Below, piece after piece: positions 51,681-62,761 of a DNA stretch of 64,000 nucleotides. Position 1 is the first letter of the stretch. Each line of letters begins with the position of its first letter. The stretch lies in contig NW_024704743.1 of the NCBI RefSeq assembly GCF_018977255.1, forward strand, positions 113,276,001 to 113,340,000, read 5' to 3'. Source of the stretch: Callorhinchus milii. Lineage: Eukaryota. A program made the translations under genes and the position numbers. The notes under the pieces were generated by a model. It was not told where the DNA came from. It saw nothing but the letters and a program-made list of their open reading frames with translations, and did not search any database.

Positions 51681-53857
51681 AAAGAGTGCTACATTTTTTT
51701 CTTTTTACAGTGTTACGCCCACAAAATACATAGTCAATCCACTTGACAGTATATTCCTATGAAGAGCTTTGACATTTCTCAAAGACATTAATATTTTTTT
51801 ACTTATTATCTGTCCCCAACACCCTGCAAAGTGGAAGTTAGCTGTTTACTGTAGAGAAGGAAGAAAAACCTTATGTTGTTGCTTCGATGCACCTCCCAAC
51901 TGCTGTTTTCATAGAGAGCATGGTGAGCAAGTTGCTCACTTTCTTAGCTGAGTTGTTCCAAATAAAAGAAAAGGTGAGAAAATAACTTAAAAGAAGCTTT
52001 GAAAAGTTGGTTCAATCTATTTCACAAAGCATTGGCATTTTCCTGACAAAGTTTCTTTTATTCACCAAAATAATAGGGCATATGTTCATAACTGATTCCT
52101 CACTGTAATACATACAGTTGGTTTTACTTATTTCTGCAAACATGTTTCATTCCTTGAGTTCCTTTGTCATATTCTACAGCACTCTGTCGCCACAGGTCTA
52201 AAATTTACCAATTTTCAATAGGAAGCAAACATGACTTTTTTTTTAAGCTGAAAGTTATTAGCGAGAGAACAGGAATTGCATCAGAAGAGGCTGAAGGGAG
52301 CAATATAGCACACTTTTGCCAGAAGCTAAACTTAGTGCTCTGGAAGACGGGGTATGGAAGTTATTACTTCTGAGTTGAAGGAAATTGTCTCTAAAGGTTC
52401 TTCTCAATTTCAAGTCCTGTACCAGAATGTCTTACAAGTAATGAAATGCCAACCTGACTTGCCTTTCGTGACGGACTCTGTGTACAGAGCCAACCAGCCT
52501 CACTAATGACACATAAGGTCTGATTAAGTAGTACATTGCCACTAAAATCCTTTGATGACCTGTCTGCTATTTCTGTTTCTAAGCCATTTGTAAATTGCCT
52601 TGAATAGCCAATGCATGTTCCGTCTTAGCTGACGCACAAATTGTAAGTCAGAGGTAGCATAATGATTTCCTTGTGAAGTGATTGAGTTAATTATGAAGTA
52701 CTAATTGCCTTTTATTTAAATGATTATTTTCTAAGCTAAATTTATAGAACAGAAAATTGAGGTCACGCTCGTGTTTCTTCACCCTCCTGCTTTTAATTTT
52801 AGACATGAAGTAACAACCCTACGTACAATATTATAGAGATCAATGCTTTTTCCATTTCAAATTTTTAATTTTATATAACAAAAACAATAAAATTATAACA
52901 ATCTTCTGGAAATACACTGGCTACTTTAGTGCAATACTGTAGAATGGAATGTTGTGATACAGAGTCCCATACGTTGTCCAAACCACATCTTACATAAATA
53001 AGTCCATTCATATAAATGTTGCCTACTCATCTGTTGAAAAATAGGAATGTTGACTCTTAAAATATATTTTAGATCTGACTTCTGCTGTGTAGGATATCCA
53101 GAAAAGTTTGAAGTCAGCAAAGATATTAAAATCCGTAGCTCATCAGAAATGACTGCTTTATATACAAACATCCTACTTTCTCTTGAAAGTGAAGCCTTCC
53201 AACTATTTCAATACCTGGGTAAGACCAAAGCAATGTTATCATTAATCAAGTCACACTATCGCCCCAGTTGTTTATTACCAGACTTCACAGACTTCCAGTC
53301 TTCCTGTGGATTGCCCAAGGCCTTGGGATTTCCTCCCGACATGAAAGGCACTCTGTAAACGCAATTTGTTGTTGTTATTTTCCAATTATATGTAATTTGC
53401 ATGAAAGCACATAATGCCTTGCTTGTGTGTGACATGCAATTGAGGAAAAAAAGCACTGAATTTCTGAATATTTTACATATTTTATTAACATGTTTGCCAA
53501 ATACCTTTTCACTGAGGCAAAATGTCTTTTAAAATGGTTCACATTTAGGGAAATAATTAAAAATTTACAGCTCGGTATCTTCTTTCACTCCAAATTCACT
53601 GATCCCCTTGAACCAGAAATAGGAATGTGTTCCACTAAAATTAGGAATCAAACCAGTTATCTGCATATCAGAGTAGATTCCATAACAAAACCCTAAGAGC
53701 ACGGTTAAATAGACTATTCCGAAACTGGGGAATCAGAAGGTTGAATTGCTATGACATTGACTAGAAGTGGTCACCATCACTTTACAGAAACTAAAGCAAT
53801 GGAAAAGTAATCCATAAAAGGACCCACTTCAATTTAACAGCAGCTCAAATATATTGG

Positions 53858-53986
53858 CAAAAGGTCATGGACCTGAAATGTTAACTCATTTTCCTCTCTC
53901 CATAGATGCTGCCTGACCTGCTGCATGTTCCCAGCGACTTTCGTTTTTATTTCAGATTTCCAGCATCTGCAATATTTTGCCTTTTG
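53858..53986 (+). mobile_element. Penelope-like element terminal fragment with 13-bp TSD
   Basis: AGGTCATGGACCTGAAATGTTAAC...AGATGCTGCCTGACCTGCTG...TTCAGATTTCCAGCATCTGC, flanked by TCAAATATATTGG at 53845-53857 and 53987-53999. Confidence 0.7.
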
Positions 53987-54397
53987 TCAAATATATTGGT
54001 GTTCAAGCCGTGACGGCTGTAAAGGTTAACGAAGGACCTGTTGTACATTAATGTATATTAAGTGTAGTGTAAACTTGAGTGAGTTTTGAAGTACTAAACA
54101 CAGGACATGAATAGGAAAACAAGAAATGTATTTTGATTCATCTAGATTATCAAATAACAAGGATCAGGAAGACGTCAAAGATCTCATCAAATATTCATAA
54201 AGAAAAGAAAACGGTGGCCTGACCCTGAATCCTCCAATTCGATTGATCGTTCACTTCATGGCTGCCTGTGTACAAATTGGCTGCCACAAATAAATACACA
54301 GCCAACACACTTGATAGTACTTAGCTGTGAAGCTCTATGAGGCATTTGCAATACAATACAAATTTACATTGACACAGCGCCCGCCCTTCATGTATCT

Positions 54398-54595
54398 TAA
54401 CAACAACAAATTCCATTTATGTAGCACCTTTCATGTAAGGATGTCCCACATTAACAATATCTCATATCTTTACAATAATGGATTGGCACCCAAGCTGGGG
54501 GTGGGAGCTGGGGGTGGGGGAGAGGGAGAAGATAAGCAAAAAGAAATAAGTGAAAGAGAGGGCTTGAGATGGACCTTGAAAAGAGGTGAGAGATA
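54398..54595 (-). mobile_element. Degenerate L2 3' end
   Basis: AACAACAACAAATTCCATTTATGTAGCACCTTTCATG...CTTGAGATGGACCTTGAA. Confidence 0.7.
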
Positions 54596-55059
54596 TTTGA
54601 CATTGGATATGGACCTTATAGTGTCTAAACATAATGTTTAGACATTATAGGGTCCATATGAATTGAAAGCATGATTTTAATTATTATAAACAGCCTATTC
54701 TCTCTCAAAATGTTCTCTTCCTCGTTGCTATAACAATCTGAAAAATCTGCCAAGGACAGATAATAAGTTGAAGAACTCAATGTTGAATAACCACTTAAGT
54801 TATTAACTTGGCCCTTGAGATCATTATCCGTTCCTCTTTCATACTGTCTGATACACTTTTGTGGCTGAGAAGCTCCACTTCACTTTGCCAAACATCCCAC
54901 ATAAAGATATTCATTTATTACCTATTCCTTCATTTGTGTATATCTCACAATACCAAAGAACACAAGACTCTCTTTGTATATCTCTTATTGCTGTACCTTC
55001 TACAGGTACGTTGTTCAAGCTTCCATATTACATGAACAGTGTTAATCACTAACCTGACT

Positions 55060-55150
55060 GGATAGGAACATAGGAAAACAGAATGTGGAGGAAGCCATTC
55101 AGTCCCAGAGAACATGTTTGTAACAATTTATTAGATCTTGGTAGATCTTT
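55060..55150 (-). mobile_element. Shark-type CR1 3' terminus
   Basis: ATAGGAACATAGGAA tail followed by GGAAGCCATTCAGTCCC...TTAGATCTTGGTAGATCT. Confidence 0.6.
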
Positions 55151-55694
55151 TAAGGCCAATGCCGTGCCCTTCATTTAACATGCTTTAATACAACAACAAC
55201 AGGATTGCATTTATAGAGTGCCTTTCACGTCGGGAGCACGTTCCAAGGCGCTCGACAGTTGGGTCGGCACCCGAGCAGGGGCGAAATGGTCAGGGTGAGG
55301 AGAGGGAAGGGAGGGAGTGAGGAGGGGTAGAGAGTCGAGAGGGGAGTTGAAAGCACGGTTGAAGAGAAAGGTCTTGAGATCGGCCTTGAAGGAGGAAAGG
55401 GAGGAAGCAAGGCGAAGGCACTGGGGGATGGAGTTCCAGAGCCTAGGAGCTGAGAGGCTGAAAGCCTGGCCACCGATGGTAGGGCGGGGGATGTGGAGCA
55501 GACCGGAGCCAGAGGAACGGAGGGTACGGGCATGTACGTGGGGGAATAGTAGGTCGGAGAGGTAGGAGGGTGCAAGGCTGTGAATGGCCTTGTAGGTGAG
55601 GATGAGGATCTTGAATTCAATCCTCTGGGGGATGGGGAGCCAGTGGAGACGAGCGAGGGTGGGAGTGATGTGGTCGCATAGCCTGGTGAGGGAC

Positions 55695-55879
55695 AACAAC
55701 AACAACAACAACAAGATTCCATTTATAAAGCGCCTTTCACGTCAGGAGGACATCCCAAGGCGCTGCACAGTTGGGTCATGACCCGAGCAGGGGGGAAATG
55801 GTCAGGGTGAGGGGAGGGAAGGGAGGGAGCGAAGAGAGGGAAGAGAGTCGAGAGGGGAGCTGAAGGCACGGTCAAAGAG
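55695..55879 (-). mobile_element. Short 5'-truncated L2 nested in a same-family L2
   Basis: Host GGGACA|GTACACGAGC is split by (CAA)n, stem-loop and 3' UTR; GACA occurs at both junctions. Confidence 0.88.
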
Positions 55880-57226
55880 ACAGTACACGAGCTGCAGAGT
55901 TCTGAATGACCTGCAGCTTGTGGAGGGAGGTGCCGGGAAGGCCAGCGAGGAGAGAGTTCCCATAGTCCAGCCTTGAGGTGATAAAGGCGTGGACCAGTGT
56001 TTCAGCAGCGTGAGGGGTGAGGTAGCGCCATAGTCTGGCGGTGTTGCAGAGGTGATGGAAGGTGGTGCCAGCTGTGGCGCGGATGTGGGGAAGAAAGGAC
56101 AGCTCAGGGTCGAACAGAACGCCGAGGTTCCTGACTGGCTTTGAGAGGTGGAGAGTGCAGCCTTGGATGCTGATGCTGTCAGCGCCTGAGGTGCGGAGGC
56201 GCTGACGCGAGCCAATCAGGAGGGCCTCAGTTTTGCGCACATTGAGCTGAAGAAAGTTGTCTCTCGTCCAGGACTCGATGTCAGACAGGCAGCTGTCAGG
56301 ACATCGGTGGTCGTGGAGTTGTGGGAAGAAGAGGAAAGGTAGAGTTGGATGTCATCCGCATACATGTGGAAGTTAACCCCATGTCTGCGGATGATGTCAC
56401 CAAGGGGGAGCATATAGAGGGTGAAGAGGAGGGGACCGAGGACAGAGCCCTGAGGGATACCGCATGAGACAGTGCGGGGGCTGGAGGAAAAGCCGTTTGC
56501 AGAGACAAAATGAAGACGGTGGGAGAGGTAGGACCTAAACCACTCAAGGACAGGGCCTTGAAGGTTGAGGTGGGAGGACAAGCGGTGGAGGAGGATAGAG
56601 TGATCGACCGTATCGAATGCGGCCGATAGGTCGAGGAGGACGAGGAGGCAAAGGGAGCCCTGGTCGCAGATGGTCAAGATGTCATCAGTGACCTTGACCA
56701 GGGCGGTTTCCGTGCTATGGGCAGCATGGAAACCCGACTGGAGAGGTTCGAAAAGTGAGTGCGTGGAGAGGAAAGAGTGCAGCTGGGAGGCGATGACTCT
56801 TTCGAGAACCTTGGACAGGAAGGGGAGGTTGGAGATGGGCCGGTAGCTTGATAGCTGCGACACATCAAGGGAGGGTTTTTTCAATGTGGGAGTGATGGTG
56901 GCAGTTTTGAGGGGAATGGGAACAGAGGCAGAGGAGAGGGATAGGTTAATAGTGTCTGTGAGATGTGGGGCAAGGAGGTGGAGCTGGGAGATAAGGAGTG
57001 GAGTGGGACTGGGGGACAGGGAACAGGTGGTGGGTTTCAAGGACAGGATGAGTTTGGTGACAGAGGGTGGGGAAACGGGTTCAAAGGTATGTCGGGCAGG
57101 ATGGGTAGGAGTCAGAGTGTGGGAGGGAAGGGGTGGGGGGTAGGTGGAAGTTGGAGGTGCACTGACCGCGGAGCGGATTCCCTTGATTTTGGATTCAAGG
57201 AAATCCAGCATCTCCTCGCAGTGAAG

Positions 57227-57551
57227 TGGAGTCCTGTAGCTCAGTGGTTAGAGCACTCGCTTTGCAAGCGAGAGACCTGAGTTCAATTCCAGGCAGAGGG
57301 TGAAACCTTGGGCAAGTTTCCTTACTCCACACAGAGCCTAATAATAATCCCTCCAAAACCAAAAACAATAATAAAATTGGCATTTTCAATCTACGACTGT
57401 TTGTGGGACATTGCTGTGCGCAATTGGCTGCCGCGTTCGCCCACAAATTTACAGTCAATTCACTTCACAGTGTGTTCTGTGAAGCGCTTTGGGACGTCCT
57501 TCCGACGTGAAAAGCGCTATATCAAATGCAAGGATTATTATTATTATTATT
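57227..57551 (+). mobile_element. tRNA(Ala)-SINE family A, short form, young, nested in L2
   Basis: A-box TAGCTCAGTGG, anticodon arm CTCGC-TTTGCAA-GCGAG, B-box GTTCAATTCC, (ATT)n tail. Confidence 0.95.
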
Positions 57552-58194
57552 ATGACCTGTGCGGGGTGGCGGGGGGGACGGAGGAGTCGGGATGTGGTGG
57601 AGAACAAAAGCCTGGGGTTGTTCCTCACCTCCAAGGTCATCATACTTCTACTACCCAGGTATGTGCCTATGCACTTTTAAACATTCCTCTTGATTCTAGG
57701 ACACATTGTCACACATCTGCTGCATGGACTCAATTCGAACGGTCTGTAACAAACCTTAGAATGGATAACTGTATGTACTCGGAACAAAGATTGCCTTAAT
57801 AAAGTATGAATAGTTCTAAAGTGTATTTGGAAAGATTGCTAGCAGTATGCAAACACACTGCCTTTCATGATTTTAATAATCCTAACATCTGACATTTCAA
57901 AGCACTTTTCACACGATTTACTGAAAAGGTGTATTGTCTGTGTTCTGTAGGCAACATAATATTTTCACAAAGCTTTTTGGAAGATTCCAGAGATGTGGTT
58001 TTTAATATGAGCTATAGCTCTGTACACGGTAAATACATGATGTCCTAATAGTCTTCCTATGCTCCCTCTTCCCATTCACCCTTCACATTGCAATAACTAT
58101 TTAATATTATTTTGTCCTCAAAATGACGATTTTCCCTCGTTCTTCAGTTTGTCTTTTTGTTTTGCATTCATGTTAAATATTTTGTTTCCTTTAA

Positions 58195-58252
58195 AAGAAC
58201 CTTCTTCCCGACGTGAAAGGCGCTCTATAAATGCAATCTTGTTGTTGTTGTT
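58195..58252 (+). mobile_element. L2 tail-only insertion
   Basis: CCCGACGTGAAAGGCGCTCTATAAATGCAATC(TTG)n. Confidence 0.8.
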
Positions 58253-58770
58253 CTTATTTTACAATATCCAACAAAAAATACATTGAAAAGAAACAGGCTT
58301 GGCTTATTTTTATTTTTAAAACAAATGGATAATAAATGCAGTTTGCTTATCTTTGCAATATCATGCTGTATCCTTTAGGCTACATAATGGAAACAGGTCC
58401 TGAAATAGATTACTAAATTCACTCCAGATTAAGGATAGCAAAGCTGTATGTACCATGACCATGAGAGTATTCTTATTACTGAACCTAATGCTTCTTAACT
58501 GTGATGTCATGCTGTGAAGTGCATTTTACTCTGGTTAATACGCTAGAAAATACCGGATATTAAGTGTAAGGGAATTGATGACATTTCTCCAGAAGGAGCT
58601 TAACTTGCCCTTTATGAACTGAAAGTACCAAATGTGTTTGAAGCAATGTATTATTTTTGGTAAAATTTAGCCAGTCATCCAGACATTGTCATTACATCGC
58701 TGCCATTAATCACTACTTCTACTGTCTACTCCACCACCCTTTTCTTCAATGGTAGCCTTCTGTATTTATG

Positions 58771-59038
58771 ATAATAATAATAATCCTTGCATTTGATATA
58801 GCGCTTTTCATGTCGGGAGGACGTCCCAAAGCGCTTCACAGAACACACTGTAAAGTGAATTGACTGTATATTTGTGGGCGAACGCGGCGGCCAATTGCGC
58901 ACAGCAATGTCCCACACACAGTCGTAGATTGAATATGACCAATTTATTATTGTTTTTGGTTTTTGGTTTTGGAGGGATTATTATTAGGCTCTGTGTGGAG
59001 TAAGGAAACTTGCCCAAGGTTTCGCCCTGCCTGGAATC
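58771..59038 (-). mobile_element. tRNA-SINE family A, short form, 5'-truncated
   Basis: Near-identical reverse complement of 57287-57551, including the ACAGAGCCTAATAATAATCCCTCCAAAACC diagnostic. Confidence 0.93.
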
Positions 59039-59447
59039 TTTGGCTCTTCATCTTGGTTTCTCATGAGAAAAAATCTTAGGAATTAAGAATGACAGCTGCT
59101 GTACAGTAATTGACACATTGTACTTGAAATTCTCAAACTGTAGGAATGCCATCTTTTGCAGCATGATTCATGTATGTCTCAGTTTACAACTGTCCATGTA
59201 ACTGAAAATTGGGCATGCTGTACGGAATGGTTTATCAGAGAGGCTTATATTTGAGAGTACAACTTTTGACTGTAGATTGATTCAGATAGTCCTGATGGTC
59301 TCAATTGCTAGCTTTCCTGAAGAGAAAGCTAACAATTATGCTTCCCTTCTGTTCAACTCTAACCTATATATTTACAATTTTCCTTTCTATTTTCCTACAA
59401 TGGAGTTGGAAACGCATTTCAATAGGAAAACTACAATAAAATCTCCT

Positions 59448-59525
59448 AGCCGTCTCAATTGATAGCACTCTGAGCCCTGAGTCAGAAGGTTGTGGGTTCA
59501 AGCCCCATGTCGGGTCTTTGAACAT
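59448..59525 (+). mobile_element. Deu-SINE head
   Basis: TAGCACTCTGAGCCCTGAGTCAGAAGGTTGTGGGTTCAAGCCCCA. Confidence 0.75.
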
Positions 59526-60520
59526 TTGAATGATAAAGAACTGATACAGGGTTCCGCTATGACAACTCAGTAAACAAGATGTTTAGACAATGTTTGGAAT
59601 AGGGTTTGAATACTAGGCCGAAACTACTTTTTTTCTCAGCTGCTACTTTGGAAACAGACTTCAAATGTGTGTGACAGCTACAATCCACTTGACATTACAT
59701 AGGAGAACCGGTGATCTAATATTCATGAATTTAATGCAGTCAAAGCATATAAAGCATAGAAAAGAGATTCAACATCTGTAAGTGATATTCTAAAATAAAA
59801 AATACTGCCAAAATGTACATCTCCAAAAGAATGATTAAATTCTTAGAGAACTAGGTGACTGAAGGATATAAATGTGATCTTGAGCTACAAATACTGATTT
59901 GAAATCCCTAGCACATTGGAATGGATAGGATAAGTTCTGCAAACACAGCTACTGTTGATTGATCAGGTATTCCCGATTTTTTAACATGATGAAAGATATA
60001 TGCGAAGACAGTTCCTAACATAATTTTAAGTGGTGAACATTAATGTTAATAATTGTCTGTGGGAGGCCATATGTTCAGGCTATTTTAAAAAAATACTTTT
60101 ACAGCATTGAGCCTGGCAAAACTTGCAGGTACTACTCCAAACATTTCCATGAGAATACTGTACCCCACGTAACAATACAATACTAAATTACATTTGTATA
60201 GTGCCTTTCATGTCAGGAGTACGGTAACAACGAATGAAGCAACCTCAAGGCAATGGAAAAAGTTATTTAGATAATTTGTGAGGTGATTGGTTTCAGTTAA
60301 AAGAAACTTGTTTCATGAGAAGTATGAATATATCAAAGATAATTACCATAAGAGAAGTAGACTAATTAGAAAAGTTGCATTTGCCAACAATTAAATTGAA
60401 GTTCACACTTTTACCATATTCCTCTTCACTGCAGCCCTCACTTGTACAATTCTTGGACTTATTGACATGCACAAAGATGCCTTGCACACCCACAACTTTG
60501 AAAATGAGTACATGCAAGAA

Positions 60521-61105
60521 TACAACAACAAGGTTACATTTGTATAGCGCCTTTTAAGTCAGGAGGAAGTCCCAAGGCGCTGGACAGTGTGCAGCATTTC
60601 AGACCCGAGCTGGGGTCAGGGAGGGAGAGGGGAGGGGAGGGGAAGAGGGGTGGCCAATGGCATGGTCGAAGAGGAGGGTTTTGAGGTGGGACTTGAAGGA
60701 GGCTAAGGAGGGAGCGAGGCGGAATGATTGGGGGATGGAATTCCAGAGGTTGGGGGCAGAGTGGCTGAAGGCTCTCCCGCCAATGGTTGGGCAGGTGGGT
60801 TGGGGAACGTGGAGCAGGCCAGAGCCGGCTGAGCGGAGGGAGCAGGCGGGTTGGTAGGGGGTTAGGAGGTCGCAGATGTAGGATGGGGTGAAGCCATGGA
60901 GGGCTTTGTAGGTGAGGACCAGGATCTTGAACTGGATCCTCTGAAGAATAGGGAGCCGATGGTGTCGGGCGAGAATGGGGGAGATGGGGTCATGGAGTTT
61001 GGTGCGGGAGAGGACACGGGCTGCAGAGTTCTGGATTATCTGCAGGCAGTGGAGGGAGAAGTTGGGAAGGCCGACAAGCAGGGTGTTTGCATAGTCGAGC
61101 CTGGA
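60521..61105 (-). mobile_element. L2 LINE 3' portion
   Basis: Reverse strand encodes SRLDYANTLL...RIQFKIL...GGRAFSHSAPNLWNSIP; stem-loop and (TTG)n tail. Confidence 0.92.
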
Positions 61106-61445
61106 TGGGAATACTGTTATTGTAACACAGTTACTCTTGATATTGCAATATTATTTAATAAAATTGTTTTTATTTTGGAATATAATAGCATGAACTTTAA
61201 TATCATCAACTTGCATTTACTGTATACAACTTTTATGTAAAAGAACATGAGACGGAGACATTGATGGGAGCCAAGGAAAATGTCTTTCATCTTATCCAAA
61301 TGACGTTGTAGGAAAAAATAGTTCATCCAGATCTTGTTCTCTGACAGGAAAGTGGACAGAACATCCATGGACCTCAAACCACGAGGAAAAGTAGATTTCA
61401 TGATAATTGTACTTATCATTGTGTCATCCACATCCACAGATACTG

Positions 61446-61825
61446 TGGAGTCCTGTAGCTCAGTGGTTAGAGAACTTGCCTCGTAAACGAGAGACGTGGG
61501 CTCGATTCCCCGCAGGGCAAAACGTTGGGCAAGTTTCCTTACTCCACATATCTGTTTCCTAGCAGTAAATAGGAATCCAGCTGTTAGTCCATTGGTGATA
61601 TTGGTCCATTGGCTTTTCCGGGGGGCTAATAATTCTTTTTTTTTAAAAAATTGACACTCAATCCACGACTAATTGTGGGACACTGCTGTGTACAATTGGC
61701 TGCCACATTTCGCCCACAAAATATAGTCAATTCACTTTACACTATATTCTGTGAAGCATTTTGGGACATCTCGAAGATGTGATAAGGTGCTATATCAAAT
61801 GCAAGATTATAAGGATTACTATTAT
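61446..61825 (+). mobile_element. tRNA-SINE family A, long form
   Basis: Head TGGAGTCCTGTAGCTCAGTGG through the tail. Confidence 0.92.
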
Positions 61826-62067
61826 ATACATGTGGATGATGATCCTTTGTCTGTGTATATCATCAAGAAGGAACATTTAGATGAGAAGGAGGAGGGTGCC
61901 AAGGATAAGAGTCACAAGATTCTTACCAGGTGAACAAAAATAGGAGGAATTTAGAAGTGATCGAAAGCACAGTTGAAGATTTTAGGAGACGGATTCAGGA
62001 CACCTTTAATCCTGTGGGAGGACAAAAAAAAACTACACCTTGAGAAAGGGTAAATTCTGGTTGACTT

Positions 62068-62252
62068 TAATAATAAAAAATAGCTGCATTTGATACAGCT
62101 CCTTGGATGTCAGGAGGACATCACAGAGCACTTAAATTTTTTTTTACTGCAATTGTATTTGAAGGCAAACTCAGCAGCCAGTTGACACAAGGCAATGTCC
62201 CATAAACAGCCATGATGTGAAGGACAATTTTGTCGATTGTTGGCCAGGACAA
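62068..62252 (-). mobile_element. Deu-SINE 3' part
   Basis: GCAGCCAGTTGACACAAGGCAATGTCCCATAAACAGCCATG...TTGTTGGCCAGGACA. Confidence 0.7.
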
Positions 62253-62748
62253 GAGGATAGACACAGTACTGCAAGGCACTTTTGGTAACAGAACAACAAA
62301 ACCATATTACATTTGTGTAACACCTTTCACGTCAGGAGGATGTCCCAAGGCGCTATCTATGTCCCAAGATTTGGAGGAAAAGGCCAGTCACTGGGGAAAG
62401 GGTGGGAGAGAGTGCATACTTCATTCCAGACAAAATGTTCATGCATTGGTAGCATATATATATGCGACTCTAAGTGATTTGGATATTCCTAAGCATGTTG
62501 ATGGGTTTCCATTCAAATCAAGAAACTTGATGGATCCTCCCCCCAAAAAATTGGGGATACAGGAGAAAACCTTTATTCTTCCATTCCTCCATTCCTCAAA
62601 AATGCATTTCCCACAGAGTTTTCCACTGTTCAGTACAATTATCATGACATCACATTATACACAGTGCTATAAGCACAGGAAGAGAATAACGTTAACATCT
62701 AAGATTCAAAATCATTGCAACTGCTTAACTGCACGTTCCTCGAGCTCT

Positions 62749-62761
62749 TCAGAAAAAAAAC
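62749..62761 (-). CDS. Candidate terminal coding exon of an unidentified minus-strand gene (3' UTR to about 62550)
   Basis: Acceptor CTGCTTTTCTCAG|G; phase-compatible with the 63893-63965 exon, giving ...RFFF*; AATAAA on the minus strand at 62572-62577. Confidence 0.3.

Larger units (their letters stand above)
55191..57641 (-). mobile_element. L2 LINE (host copy) interrupted by a short L2 and a SINE
   Basis: ORF 56216-57211 has intact RT motifs ([27 protein letters not shown]). The sequence is collinear with 3196-5050 across both insertions. Confidence 0.96.

Noticed and set aside
57227..57300. tRNA-Ala(TGC)-like sequence (also at 29685, 40755, 48076, 61446, 63378)
   Set aside because: These are SINE heads: no proper acceptor stem, and each continues into SINE body and tail.
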